The notes under the pieces: model-generated
Told to the model about the DNA's origin: nothing
Databases searched by the model: none
Seen by the model: only the letters and a program-made list of their open reading frames with translations
In this document: positions 9,432-20,144 of the stretch, one piece after another
Layout: the number at the start of each line of letters is the position of its first letter
Numbering within the stretch: the stretch's first letter is position 1
From: Anaeromyxobacter sp.
Lineage (GTDB): Bacteria > Myxococcota > Myxococcia > Myxococcales > Anaeromyxobacteraceae
Direction of reading: 5' to 3'
Assembly: GCA_049840735.1 (NCBI GenBank)
Contig: JASGJN010000026.1
Span: 512,001 to 576,000, forward strand
DNA length: 64,000 nucleotides
Position numbers and translations under genes: made by a program

Positions 9432-12400
9432 TCAGGCGGCCAGCGCGGTGCTCCGCCGGCCGCCGCTGACCTCGCCGCGCTTCCAGAGGAAGTAGACCGC
9501 CGGGTAGACCAGCAGCTCCATGAGGAAGCTGGTGATCAGGCCGCCCACCATGGGCGCCGCGATGCGCTTCATCACGTCGGCGCCGGCGCCGGTGGACCAC
9601 ATGATGGGCAGCAGGCCCATCATGGCGGCGAACACCGTCATGGCCTTGGGGCGGACGCGCTTCACCGCGCCGTGGATGATGGCCTCCACCAGGTCGGCCT
9701 CGGTGTTGAGCTTGCCCTGCTTCTTGTACTCGTCGTGCGAGAGGTCGAGGAAGAGCAGCATGAACACCCCGGTCTCGGCGTCGAGCCCCATCAGCGCGAT
9801 CAGGCCCACCCAGACCGCGATGGAGACGTTGTAGTCGAGGGCCCAGAGCAGCCAGACCGCGCCGATGGCGGAGAACGGCACCGCCAGCATCACGATGGAC
9901 GCCTTGAAGGCGCTCTTGGTGTTCAGGTAGAGCAGGCCGAAGATGACCAGGATGGTGAGCGGCAGGATGGACTTCAGCCGCTCCTTCACGCGGAGCATGT
10001 TCTCGTACTGGCCGCTCCAGGTCATGGCGTAGCCGGCCGGCGTCTTGACGCTGGCCTCCACCGCCTTCTTGGCCTCGGCCACGTAGCTGCCCACGTCGAT
10101 CTTCGAGGTGTCGAAGTCCACGTAGACGTAGCCCGCCAGGAGCCCGTCCTCGTCGCGGATCATCGACGGCCCCTGGGCCAGCTGCACGTCGGCGATCTCC
10201 TCCATGGGGATCTGGCCCTTGCCGCCCGGGAGCGGCAGCAGCACGCGCCGCAGCGCCGACAGGTCCTCGCGGTAGTCGCGGGCGTAGCGGACGTTGATCC
10301 CGTACCGCTCGCGCCCCTCCACCGTGGTGCTCTGGTTGTCGCCGCCCACCGCGGTCATCACCATCATGTTGGCGTCGTCCACCGAGAGGCCGTAGCGCGC
10401 CAGCTGCTCGCGCTTGAGCACGAAGTCGAGGAAGTAGCCGCCCGCCACGCGCTCGGCGTAGACGCTGCGGGTGCCCGGCACCTTGGAGACCGCCGCCTCG
10501 GTGTCCTTGGCGATCCGCTCGATGGTGGCCAGGTCGGCCCCCATGATCTTGATGCCGATGGGCGTCCGGATGCCGGTGGAGAGCATGTCCAGGCGCCCCT
10601 TGATGGGCATGGTCCAGGCGTTGGAGATGCCGGGCAGCTGGAGCGCCGCGTTCATCTCGGTCTCCAGGTCCTCCTGCGTGATGCGATCGCGCCAGAACGG
10701 GCGCAGCCCGGCCTTGAGCCAGTCCGGCGCCCAGCCGGAGTACCAGCGCGGCACCTCGCGCCACTCCTGCTCCGGCTTGAGGGTGATGGTGGTCTCCATC
10801 ATCGTGAACGGCGCCGGGTCGGTGGAGGTGTTGGCGCGGCCGGCCTTGCCGAAGACCCGCTCCACCTCGGGGAAGGTGCGCAGGATCTTGTCCTGCAGCT
10901 GGAGCGCCTTCTGCGCCTCGGCCACCGACATGCCCGGCTCCACGGCGCTGGGCATGTAGAGGATGGTCCCCTCGCGCAGGGGCGGCATGAACTCCGAGCC
11001 CAGCTGCAGGTAGACCGGGATGCTGGTCAGCACCAGCAGCAGGCTCACGGCGATGGTGGCCTTGGCGTGGCGGACCACGAACCGGCACGGCCGCTCGTAG
11101 AGGTGGTGCAGCGCCCGGGAGATGGGGTGGCGCTCCTCGGAGTGGTACGTCCCCACCAGCGTGGAGGTGGCCAGCCTGGCCAGCATCCGGGGCCGGAAGG
11201 TGAAGGGCTCGATGCGCGCGAAGAGCATGCGCATGGCCGGGTCGAGGGTGATGGCCAGCAGCGCGGCGATGGCCATGGCCAGCGTCTTGGAGTAGGCCAG
11301 CGGCCGGAAGAGCCGGCCCTCCTGATCCACCAGCGTGAAGACCGGCAGGAAGGCGACCGCGATCACCAGCAGCGAGAAGAAGACGCCCGGCCCCACCTCC
11401 AGCAGCGCCTCCAGCCGGACCTGGTGGAAGTCGCCCTTCTTCCCGTCCTTCACCCAGTGGTGGATCTTGTTGTAGGCGTTCTCCACCTCGACGATGGCGC
11501 CGTCCACCAGCACGCCGATGGAGATGGCGATGCCGGCCAGCGACATGAGGTTGGCGTTGAGCCCCATGAAGTACATGGGGATGAAGGCCAGGGCCACCGA
11601 CACCGGGATGGTGACGATGGGGATGATGGCCGAGGGGATGTGCCAGAGGAAGATGAGGATGATGATCGAGACGATGATGATCTCCTCGATCAGCTTGTAC
11701 TTCACCGTCTCGATGGCGTGGCCGATCAGCTCCGAGCGGTCGTAGGTGGTCACCACCTCGACCCCCTTCGGCAGCGACGGCTTCACCTGCTCCAGCTTCG
11801 CCTTGATGCGGTTGATCACGTTGAGGGCGTTCTCGCCCTGCCGCATCACCACGATCCCGCCCACCGCGTCGCCCTGGCCGTCCAGGTCGGCCACGCCGCG
11901 GCGCAGCTCCGGCCCCAGCGCGACGGTGGCCACGTCCTCGATCTTGACCGGCGTGCCGCCCTCGGCGCGCAGCACCATGTTCTCGATGTCGGCGATGGAC
12001 TTCACGTAGCCGCGGCCGCGGACCATGTACTCGCGCCCGGCCAGCTCCACCAGGCGCCCGCCGACGTCGTTGTTGTTGGCCCGCACCGCCTTGATGACCG
12101 CCTCCAGCGGCAGGCCGTAGGAGGCCAGCGCGTTGGGGTTGACGGTCACCTGGTACTGGCGCACCTGCCCGCCCACGGTGGCCACCTCCGAGACGCCGGG
12201 CACGCTCTGGATGGCGTAGCGGAGGAACCAGTCCTGGTAGGTGCGCAGCTCGTCGGAGGAGTGCTGCCCGGTCCGGTCCACCAGCGCGTACTGGAAGACC
12301 CAGCCCACGCTGGAGGCGTCCGGGCCCAGCTCCACCTTCACGTCGCGCGGCAGCTGCGGGGTGATCTTGGACAGGTACTCGAGCACGCGCGTGCGCGCCC

Positions 12401-12710
12401 AGTACATGTCCGTCCCGTCCTCGAAGATGACGTAGACGTAGCTGAACCCGAAGTCGGAGAAGCCGCGGATGGCCTTCACCTTGGGCGCGCCCAGCAGGGC
12501 CGCGGTGATCGGGTAGGTGACCTGGTCCTCCAGGATGTCCGGGCTGCGATCCCACTGCGAGTAGACGATCACCTGCGTGTCGGACAGGTCCGGCAGGGCG
12601 TCGAGCGGGATCTCCTTCATCGTCGCCCAGGCGCCCACCAGGGCGGCGATGGTGACGGCGATGACGACGTACTTGTACTCCGCCGAGAAGCGGATGATGG
12701 CCTTGATCAC
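9432..12710 (-). CDS. cusA: CusA/CzcA-family heavy-metal RND efflux permease
   Basis: DALPDLSDTQVIVY, GIAISIGVLVDGAIVEVEN, EFMPPLREG, MLSTGIRTP, RVRPKAMT; GTG start overlaps cusB stop. Confidence 0.92.
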   Translation of the reverse strand: MIKAIIRFSAEYKYVVIAVTIAALVGAWATMKEIPLDALPDLSDTQVIVYSQWDRSPDILEDQVTYPITAALLGAPKVKAIRGFSDFGFSYVYVIFEDGTDMYWARTRVLEYLSKITPQLPRDVKVELGPDASSVGWVFQYALVDRTGQHSSDELRTYQDWFLRYAIQSVPGVSEVATVGGQVRQYQVTVNPNALASYGLPLEAVIKAVRANNNDVGGRLVELAGREYMVRGRGYVKSIADIENMVLRAEGGTPVKIEDVATVALGPELRRGVADLDGQGDAVGGIVVMRQGENALNVINRIKAKLEQVKPSLPKGVEVVTTYDRSELIGHAIETVKYKLIEEIIIVSIIILIFLWHIPSAIIPIVTIPVSVALAFIPMYFMGLNANLMSLAGIAISIGVLVDGAIVEVENAYNKIHHWVKDGKKGDFHQVRLEALLEVGPGVFFSLLVIAVAFLPVFTLVDQEGRLFRPLAYSKTLAMAIAALLAITLDPAMRMLFARIEPFTFRPRMLARLATSTLVGTYHSEERHPISRALHHLYERPCRFVVRHAKATIAVSLLLVLTSIPVYLQLGSEFMPPLREGTILYMPSAVEPGMSVAEAQKALQLQDKILRTFPEVERVFGKAGRANTSTDPAPFTMMETTITLKPEQEWREVPRWYSGWAPDWLKAGLRPFWRDRITQEDLETEMNAALQLPGISNAWTMPIKGRLDMLSTGIRTPIGIKIMGADLATIERIAKDTEAAVSKVPGTRSVYAERVAGGYFLDFVLKREQLARYGLSVDDANMMVMTAVGGDNQSTTVEGRERYGINVRYARDYREDLSALRRVLLPLPGGKGQIPMEEIADVQLAQGPSMIRDEDGLLAGYVYVDFDTSKIDVGSYVAEAKKAVEASVKTPAGYAMTWSGQYENMLRVKERLKSILPLTILVIFGLLYLNTKSAFKASIVMLAVPFSAIGAVWLLWALDYNVSIAVWVGLIALMGLDAETGVFMLLFLDLSHDEYKKQGKLNTEADLVEAIIHGAVKRVRPKAMTVFAAMMGLLPIMWSTGAGADVMKRIAAPMVGGLITSFLMELLVYPAVYFLWKRGEVSGGRRSTALAA

Positions 12711-14224
12711 GGCGCGTGCCCCTGGTGCGCGTCGCCCTGGCCCGCCGCCGCCGGCGTGGCCGGCGCGCCCGCGCCCATGGCCGCCAGCGAGGCGCGCAGG
12801 CGCGACTCGGAGTCGATGAGGAAGTTGGCGCGGGTGACGACCTGGTCGCCCTCGCGCAGCCCGGTGACGACCTCGACGTGCGCGCCGTCGGAGTCGCCCA
12901 GCTCCACCTCGCGGGGCTGGAACTTGCCGTCGCCCAGCGCCACGAAGACCACGCTCTTGGTGCCGGAGTCGATCACCGCGTCGGAGGGGATGCGCAGCCC
13001 CTCGCGGCCGCGCCCCTGGAGCACCACCTCGCCGAACATCTCCGGCTTCAGCTCGCCGGTCGGGTTCCCGAACTCCAGGCGGACGTTGACGCTGCGGGTC
13101 TTCGGGTCGAGCAGCGGGGCGATGAAGGCGACGCGCCCCTGGAAGGTGCGGTTGGGGTAGGCCTTGAGCGTGAGCGTCGCCGACATGCCCACCTTCACGT
13201 GGCGCAGCTCGCTCTCGTAGACGTCCGCCACGACCCACACGCGCGAGAGGTCCACGATCTCGTAGGGCATGTCGCCGGCGTTGACGCGCATCCCCGGCAC
13301 CACGTCCTTGCGCGTGATGACGCCGGTGGCCGGCGCGTAGAACATGACGTCCTTCACCGGCTGGCCGGTGCGGGCGATCTTGGCCAGCTCGCCCTCCGAG
13401 ACGTCCCACAGCTCCAGCTTGCGCCGGGCCGCCGCCACCAGCTCGTCGCCGTCGCTGACGCCGGCCCCGCCGCCCTTCAGGGCGTCGCGGGTGCGCAGCG
13501 CCAGCAGGTACTCCTCCTGCGCGGCCAGCAGCTCGGGGCTGTAGAGCGCGAAGAGCGGCTCGCCCCTCCTCACCGCCTTGCCCACGAAGTCGCCGTGCGC
13601 GTGCTGCACGAAGCCGCCCACCTTGACGTTGACGTGGTGCACGCGCGTCTCGTCCACCGCCACGCGGCCGGTGGTGCGCCAGGCGCCGCCCACCGCGCCG
13701 CGGTCGGCCGCGACGGTGCGCAGCCCGATCAGCTGCTGGCGGGCCGGGTCGATGTTCACGGTGGCGAGCCCCTCCGCGTCGGAGGCGGCGGCCCCCGCCG
13801 CGCCGGCCGCGCCCGCCGCCACCTTGACCAGCTTCATGCCGCAGATCGGGCAGTCGCCGGGGTGGTCCTGGACGATGGTCGGGTGCATGGGGCACTGCCA
13901 GGTGTCGTGCGCGGCGGCCGCCGGCGCGTCCTTGGCCGCGGCCGCCCCGGCCCCGGCCACCTTGACCAGCTTCATGCCGCAGATCGGGCAGTCGCCCGGG
14001 TGGTCCTGCACGATGGTCGGGTGCATGGGGCACTGCCACTGCTCCGCCGCCGCGGCCGGGCCGCCGCCGGCGCTGCCGTGGTCGTGGTCGCGGTGGAGGA
14101 ACCAGCTGCCGCCCAGGGCCAGGCCGGCCGCGGCCAGGGCCACCAGCACGAGGCTGCCGGCGCCGAAGCGCGGGCCGCGGGGAGACGGGGAGGAGGGCTC
14201 GGGGGTCGTCATGGGGTCGGTCAC
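12707..14224 (-). CDS. cusB: CusB-type periplasmic adaptor with two heavy-metal-binding domains
   Basis: Two WQCPMHPTIVQDHPGDCPICGMKLV repeats, YSPELLAAQEEYL, LKPEMF, NFLIDSES. Confidence 0.88.
   Translation of the reverse strand: MTDPMTTPEPSSPSPRGPRFGAGSLVLVALAAAGLALGGSWFLHRDHDHGSAGGGPAAAAEQWQCPMHPTIVQDHPGDCPICGMKLVKVAGAGAAAAKDAPAAAAHDTWQCPMHPTIVQDHPGDCPICGMKLVKVAAGAAGAAGAAASDAEGLATVNIDPARQQLIGLRTVAADRGAVGGAWRTTGRVAVDETRVHHVNVKVGGFVQHAHGDFVGKAVRRGEPLFALYSPELLAAQEEYLLALRTRDALKGGGAGVSDGDELVAAARRKLELWDVSEGELAKIARTGQPVKDVMFYAPATGVITRKDVVPGMRVNAGDMPYEIVDLSRVWVVADVYESELRHVKVGMSATLTLKAYPNRTFQGRVAFIAPLLDPKTRSVNVRLEFGNPTGELKPEMFGEVVLQGRGREGLRIPSDAVIDSGTKSVVFVALGDGKFQPREVELGDSDGAHVEVVTGLREGDQVVTRANFLIDSESRLRASLAAMGAGAPATPAAAGQGDAHQGHAP
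13818..14038 (-). repeat. Intragenic ~83-bp duplication encoding the metal-binding domains
   Basis: Near-identical segments at 13818-13900 and 13956-14038. Confidence 0.9.
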
Positions 14225-14231
14225 CTGGGGA

Positions 14232-15689
14232 TCACATTCCGGAGTTCATCGAGGAGGAGCCGCCGCTGGCCTCGGCCGGCGCCGCGGCCGCGGGCGCGCC
14301 GCCGCCGGACATCCCGCCGCCGGAGGCGCCCGCGCCCGGCACCGGGGTCCCGCCCATGCCGCCGCCCGCGCCCGCTCCGCCCGGCGCGTCGAGGCTGACC
14401 TCGCCCGCCGCGATGGCGAGCTGCTGGGCCCCCGCGGCGGCCTGCAGGAAGCCGTCCTCGTCGGCGATGTAGCCGGCGTTGGCCTCCAGCACGGAGGCGA
14501 AGGTGAGCTTGCCCACGCGGTACTGCGCCAGCGTGCTCTCGGTGGTGGCGCGGGACTGCACCAGCAGCCCGTCGCGGTAGAGGCGCAAGGTCTCCAGCGC
14601 CGCCGCCAGCGCGTTCCGGCGCTCGGCCACGCGCAGCCGCAGCGTCTGGGCCACGGCCTCCTGGCCCTGCGCGCTGGCCACGCCGCGCGCCTGCCGCTCC
14701 TCGACCGCCTTGCCCTGCTTGCTGCCCGACCAGACCGGCAGGCCGATGGAGACGCTGGCCAGCCACATGGGCTCGAGCTGGCCGCGGGGCATCAGCCCCA
14801 CCGTGAGCCCCAGGTCCGGGAAGCGCTCGCGCCGCGCCAGCGTGGTGCTGGCGTCGGCCTGCCGGGCCGAGAGGCGCGCCGCCGCCAGCTCCGGGCTGCG
14901 CGCGAGGGCGTCGTCCAGCGCGGCCTGCCCGTCCGGCAGCGCCGGCAGCGGCTGGTCGCGCAGCCGCGCGCCCAGCGCGATGGGCTCGTCCAGCGGGTGG
15001 TCGCGGAGCCGGTTGAGCGCCTGCAGCCGGGCGGTCTCGTCGGCCTGCAGCGCCACGCGGCGCTGGCGCAGCCGCACCAGCTCGAGCTGGGCGCGCAGCA
15101 CGTCGGACTGGGCGCCCTCGCCGGCCTCGTAGCGCGCGCGCGCGGTGCCGATCGACTTCTGCCAGAGCGCCTCCAGCTGGTCGAGCAGCCCCAGCCGGTC
15201 GCGGACCAGCTGCAGCGCCAGGTAGGCGCGGCGGACCTCGGCCTCGGCCGTGAGGCGCTGGCGCGAGACGGTCGCCCCGGCGGCCTCGGCGGAGAGCCGG
15301 GCCACGTCCCGGCGCATGCCGCGCTTGCCCGGCCAGGGGAAGCTCTGGCTGAGCATGATCTGGTAGTAGCTCGTCTCCATCTCGCCGATCTGGATCTTCT
15401 CGAAGCCGTCGTTCTGGATGCCCAGCGAGAGGACCGGGTCGGGCAGCGCGCCGACCTGCGGGACGCGCGCGCGCTCGGCCGCCACGCTGGCCTCGGCCTG
15501 CTTCAGCTCCGGCCGCGCGGAGAGCGTGTCATCGATGAGCCCCCGCAGCACCGGGTCGTCCGGCGGCGTGGGGGGCAGCGGCTCGGTCGCGCCCGCCAGC
15601 GGCGCGGCCAGCAGGATGGCCAGCGCGGCCGCCAGCCGGGCGGGGCGCAGGGAGGGCAACGTGCGTGGAGGGCAGGGGGGGAGGGTCAT
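14232..15689 (-). CDS. TolC-family outer-membrane efflux protein
   Basis: Signal peptide, LPDPVLSLG, SQSFPWPGKR, Met/Gly-rich tail; first gene of the RND operon. Confidence 0.9.
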   Translation of the reverse strand: MTLPPCPPRTLPSLRPARLAAALAILLAAPLAGATEPLPPTPPDDPVLRGLIDDTLSARPELKQAEASVAAERARVPQVGALPDPVLSLGIQNDGFEKIQIGEMETSYYQIMLSQSFPWPGKRGMRRDVARLSAEAAGATVSRQRLTAEAEVRRAYLALQLVRDRLGLLDQLEALWQKSIGTARARYEAGEGAQSDVLRAQLELVRLRQRRVALQADETARLQALNRLRDHPLDEPIALGARLRDQPLPALPDGQAALDDALARSPELAAARLSARQADASTTLARRERFPDLGLTVGLMPRGQLEPMWLASVSIGLPVWSGSKQGKAVEERQARGVASAQGQEAVAQTLRLRVAERRNALAAALETLRLYRDGLLVQSRATTESTLAQYRVGKLTFASVLEANAGYIADEDGFLQAAAGAQQLAIAAGEVSLDAPGGAGAGGGMGGTPVPGAGASGGGMSGGGAPAAAAPAEASGGSSSMNSGM

Positions 15690-15705
15690 GTCCGGGCAGG
15701 TCCTT

Positions 15706-15721
15706 AGCGAACCGCGTGCCA
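15706..15721 (-). promoter_or_regulatory. Sigma54 (-24/-12) promoter candidate for tolC-cusB-cusA
   Basis: Minus strand TGGCACGCGGTTCGCT (GG-N10-GC); GTGAC-N7-GTCAC inverted repeat upstream at 15803-15819. Confidence 0.65.
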
Positions 15722-15950
15722 GCCGCCGGAGGCGCGGCAGAGCCCGAAAACCAGGGCTGGCCGGAGCTTAAGCGGCCTCCGGAGGCGCCGCCCCGGTCAC
15801 GTGTGACGGCGGCAGTCACGGAGGGGAAAGGGCGAAGCGGGGGCGTGAAGGCGTCGGGCTGGCGGGACCCGGGAGCCCTGCGCCTGGGCGGGGACGCCAG
15901 CCCCGCGTGATCGCCCGCTGGTCCGCGAGTTGCTACGCTGCCTCCCGCAC

Positions 15951-17381
<1,431 letters not shown>

Positions 17382-17478
17382 CCGCCCCGGTCTCACCGTG
17401 ACCGGGACGGTCACAGGCGCCTGGCCGTGTGCGCTTGAATTTCACCCTTCCAGGGCCGTCTCTCGGGTGGAAACGCTC

Positions 17479-17494
17479 CGGCACGCCGCGTGCT
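17479..17494 (+). promoter_or_regulatory. Sigma54 promoter candidate for the cupredoxin gene
   Basis: CGGCACGCCGCGTGCT (GG-N10-GC); palindrome GTGACCG-gga-CGGTCAC at 17398-17414. Confidence 0.55.
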
Positions 17495-17528
17495 ATGGAC
17501 CTGCTGCTCTGAGCCGTTTCGCGAACCC

Positions 17529-17583
17529 CCGCTCGCCCTGAGCGTAGCCCCGCCGGCAGGCGGGGCGGAGTCCAAGGGCAGGG
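17529..17583 (-). repeat. GTAG REP-like palindromic repeat copy
   Basis: ccgctcgccctgagcGTAG-hairpin-ggagtccaagg matches the family consensus. Confidence 0.8.
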
Positions 17584-17603
17584 ACCCACAGGAGCCGAAC
17601 CGA

Positions 17604-17984
17604 ATGAACCGCATGCTGCTCGCCGTCTCCGCCGCCGCCGTCCTCTTCGCCGCCACCGCCTGCCGCGCCGAGGACCACTCCCAGCACATGAAGTCGGGCG
17701 CCGCTGCCAAGCCGGGCGCGCGCGTCGTCGCCGTGGAGATCACCGACGACGGCGTGAAGCCGGACCAGATCCAGGCCAAGGCGGGCGAGACGGTGCAGCT
17801 GGCCGTGACGCGGAAGACCGACAGGACCTGCATGACCCACATCGTCCAGAGCGACCTGGGCATCGACAAGGCGCTGCCGCTGGGCCAGACCGTGACCGTG
17901 GACGTGACGCCCAGGGCCGCCGGCAAGATCAAGTTCGTCTGCGGGATGGGGATGGACCTGGCGACGCTGGTGGTGACGAAGTAG
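17604..17984 (+). CDS. Exported cupredoxin-domain protein
   Basis: Signal/lipobox, RKTDRTC, FVCGMGM motif. Confidence 0.8.
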   Translation: MNRMLLAVSAAAVLFAATACRAEDHSQHMKSGAAAKPGARVVAVEITDDGVKPDQIQAKAGETVQLAVTRKTDRTCMTHIVQSDLGIDKALPLGQTVTVDVTPRAAGKIKFVCGMGMDLATLVVTK

Positions 17985-17995
17985 CTGCACCCGAA

Positions 17996-18050
17996 CCCTG
18001 CCCTTCGGCTGCGCGGGCCCTGCGGGCTCGCGACGCCCAGGGCGAACGGG
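17996..18050 (+). repeat. Degenerate REP-like copy
   Basis: cccttcggctgcgc...cgacgcccagggcgaacggg; inverted relative to the 17529 copy. Confidence 0.7.
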
Positions 18051-18165
18051 CCCGGTCGTGACGCACGCGCCGGGGTCGGGCCGACGAGGCCTGGCTCCGG
18101 CGCGGCCGTCTCCGGCCGGCGCGGGCGCTGGCTGGGCCCCGCAGCAGGATTAAACCCGGGTGTTA

Positions 18166-18222
18166 TTGACGCCTGCCCGGCGAGGCGCTATGACGGGCTC
18201 GCGAATTTCATCCGGATGAAAT
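18166..18222 (+). promoter_or_regulatory. Sigma70-like promoter followed by an operator palindrome
   Basis: TTGACG-17 nt-TATGAC, then perfect 18-bp palindrome ATTTCATCCGGATGAAAT (18205-18222). Confidence 0.55.
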
Positions 18223-18235
18223 CATCCGGCCGAGG

Positions 18236-18619
18236 ATGAGCATGACCGGGTCCACCGCAGACCGCCGGGCCGAGCTGAAGCGCCAGGCGCGCGAGGAGAA
18301 GCCGCAGGCGGCCGTCTACCAGATCCGCAACCTCGGAACCGGCCAGCTGCTGGTGGAGCGCACGCCCAACGTGAAGACGCTCAACGGCCGCAAGGTGGAG
18401 CTGTCCCGCGGCGTGCACCGCAACGCCCGCCTGCGGGCGGACCTGGCCGCCCGGGGTCCCGGCGCGTTCGTCTTCGAGGTGCTGGAGATCCTGGAGGAGC
18501 CGGAGGACGGGCTGGCGTACCGGAACGACGCGCTCAAGCAGCTCGAGGCGAGGTGGATCGAGCGGCTCCAGCCGTGGGGCGAGCGCGGGTACCACGACGC
18601 GCCGGCCGGCGGCCAGTAG
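18236..18619 (+). CDS. Small GIY-YIG-like protein
   Basis: AVYQIRN N-terminus, FVFEVLE, LEARWIERLQPWGERGY. Confidence 0.65.
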   Translation: MSMTGSTADRRAELKRQAREEKPQAAVYQIRNLGTGQLLVERTPNVKTLNGRKVELSRGVHRNARLRADLAARGPGAFVFEVLEILEEPEDGLAYRNDALKQLEARWIERLQPWGERGYHDAPAGGQ

Positions 18620-18628
18620 CCCGCCCGC

Positions 18629-19435
18629 TCAGTGCGTCCGCGCCCTGCGCCTGGACCTGCGCCGGACCAGCGGCGCCACCTCCAGGTTCCGGTCGCGGAA
18701 CAGGAAGCCCTGCACCAGGTCCACGCCCAGCGCCTCGGCCACGGCCAGGTCGCCGCGCGTCTCCACGCCCTCCAGCACCGTGCGCACCCCGAGCCGCCGC
18801 GCCAGCCCCACCAGCGCCTCCACCAGCGCGCGGTGGCGCCAGTCGCGCAGGGCGGAGAGCGTGGACCGGTCGAGCTTCAGGTACTGCACGTCCAGCAGGC
18901 TCTCCAGCGAGACCAGCTTGCCCGGCGCGCCCAGATCGTCGAGCGCCACGCCCAGGCCGGCCAGCGAGAGCGCCTGGATCATGCCGCGGATCCGCTCGCC
19001 GTCGCCGTGGCACTCGGTCTCGATCAGCTCCACCACCACCCGGCCGCGCCCGGCCAGCTCGTCCACCAGCGGGAGCTGGCGCGCCTGGCAGCCGGCGAAG
19101 GCAAGCGGGTCCACGTTGACGAACAGGTGGCCGGAGGGCGCGTGATCGAGCTGCACGCGCTTGGCCGCCAGCTCGGCGTCGGCCAGCAGGGCCGGATCGA
19201 GCCGCAGCGCGGAGAAGACGCCGGCGGTGTCGAGCGGCGCGCCGCTGCGGGCGTGCAGGCGGGCGAGCGCCTCGTGGGCGCAGGCGGCGCCGCTGCGCAC
19301 CTCGATCACCGGCTGGTAGCAGACGCCCAGCCGCCCGGCGTCGAGCGCCTCGCGCAGCGCGGCGGGGACGCGGGGGGCCCTGCGGGCGCGTTGGCGGGGG
19401 CGGGGGGTCGTCGTCAGGGCGGTGCCTCGGCTCAT
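18629..19435 (-). CDS. Stand-alone EAL-domain protein
   Basis: YQP, EALARL, FVNV, ELIE, ALDDLG, KLD, EGVE, QGFLF. Confidence 0.88.
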   Translation of the reverse strand: MSRGTALTTTPRPRQRARRAPRVPAALREALDAGRLGVCYQPVIEVRSGAACAHEALARLHARSGAPLDTAGVFSALRLDPALLADAELAAKRVQLDHAPSGHLFVNVDPLAFAGCQARQLPLVDELAGRGRVVVELIETECHGDGERIRGMIQALSLAGLGVALDDLGAPGKLVSLESLLDVQYLKLDRSTLSALRDWRHRALVEALVGLARRLGVRTVLEGVETRGDLAVAEALGVDLVQGFLFRDRNLEVAPLVRRRSRRRARTH

Positions 19436-19637
19436 GGGGTGGCTCTTGGCGAGGCTCCTGGAGAGGTGGCGGAGCCCGGGGGCGGATGCGGGCACCTACG
19501 GCGCACGCGCTCCACCCACCGGCTCCGACGTGTGCAATGCTCGGCGCGTCAGAATGCTTCCGGGTGTCTGCGGAAGTTTCGTCCAGCAGGCCCCGTCAGG
19601 GGGCGCCCAGCGCAGCCCCAGGCGTGCTTAGCTGCAC

Positions 19638-19653
19638 GCGCAAACGATTGCGC
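19638..19653. promoter_or_regulatory. LacI-family (RbsR-like) operator
   Basis: GCGCAAACGATTGCGC, CG-centred palindrome 60 bp upstream of rbsD. Confidence 0.75.
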
Positions 19654-19712
19654 CAGCCCTTCGCCGGTTCAGCCGCCGGGGGAGCGGGCGCCCCGCCGCA
19701 CCGGGAGGATCG

Positions 19713-20132
19713 ATGAAGCGCGGAACGCTGCTGCATCCCGAGCTCTCGATGGTGATCGCCGCGCTGGGCCACGGCGACACGGTGGTGATCGCCGACGCCG
19801 GCCTGCCGGTCCCGCACGGCGTGAAGCGGATCGACCTGGGGTTCGCGCCGGGCAAGCCGAGCTTCCTCGACGTGCTGGACGCGGTCCTGGCCGAGATGGA
19901 GGTGGAGGCCGCCACGGTGGCCTCGGAGCTCCACCTGGCCGAGTCCAGCGAGTTCCGCGAGGCGCTCCACGCCCGGCTGACCGCGCTCCCGAAGGTCACC
20001 CGAGCCGGTGGCCCCGTCATGGTGCCTCACGAGCAGCTGAAGGCCCTCACCCGGGACGCGAAGGCCATCATCCGCACCGGCGAGTTCACCCCCTACGCAA
20101 ACGTGATCCTCACGAGCAGTGTCGTCTTCTAG
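19713..20132 (+). CDS. rbsD: D-ribose pyranase
   Basis: LGHGDTVVIADAGLPVP, RIDL, IRTGEFTPYANVIL. Confidence 0.93.
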   Translation: MKRGTLLHPELSMVIAALGHGDTVVIADAGLPVPHGVKRIDLGFAPGKPSFLDVLDAVLAEMEVEAATVASELHLAESSEFREALHARLTALPKVTRAGGPVMVPHEQLKALTRDAKAIIRTGEFTPYANVILTSSVVF

Positions 20133-20144
20133 GATGGACGGCCG

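Noticed and set aside
8418..13160. Very long antisense ORFs (also 45763..51369, 37541..40528, 1383..4340)
   Set aside because: Shadow ORFs of high-GC genes, with no motifs and fully overlapping well-supported CDSs
18236..18619. Homing endonuclease or mobile intron
   Set aside because: Short stand-alone domain, no interrupted host gene
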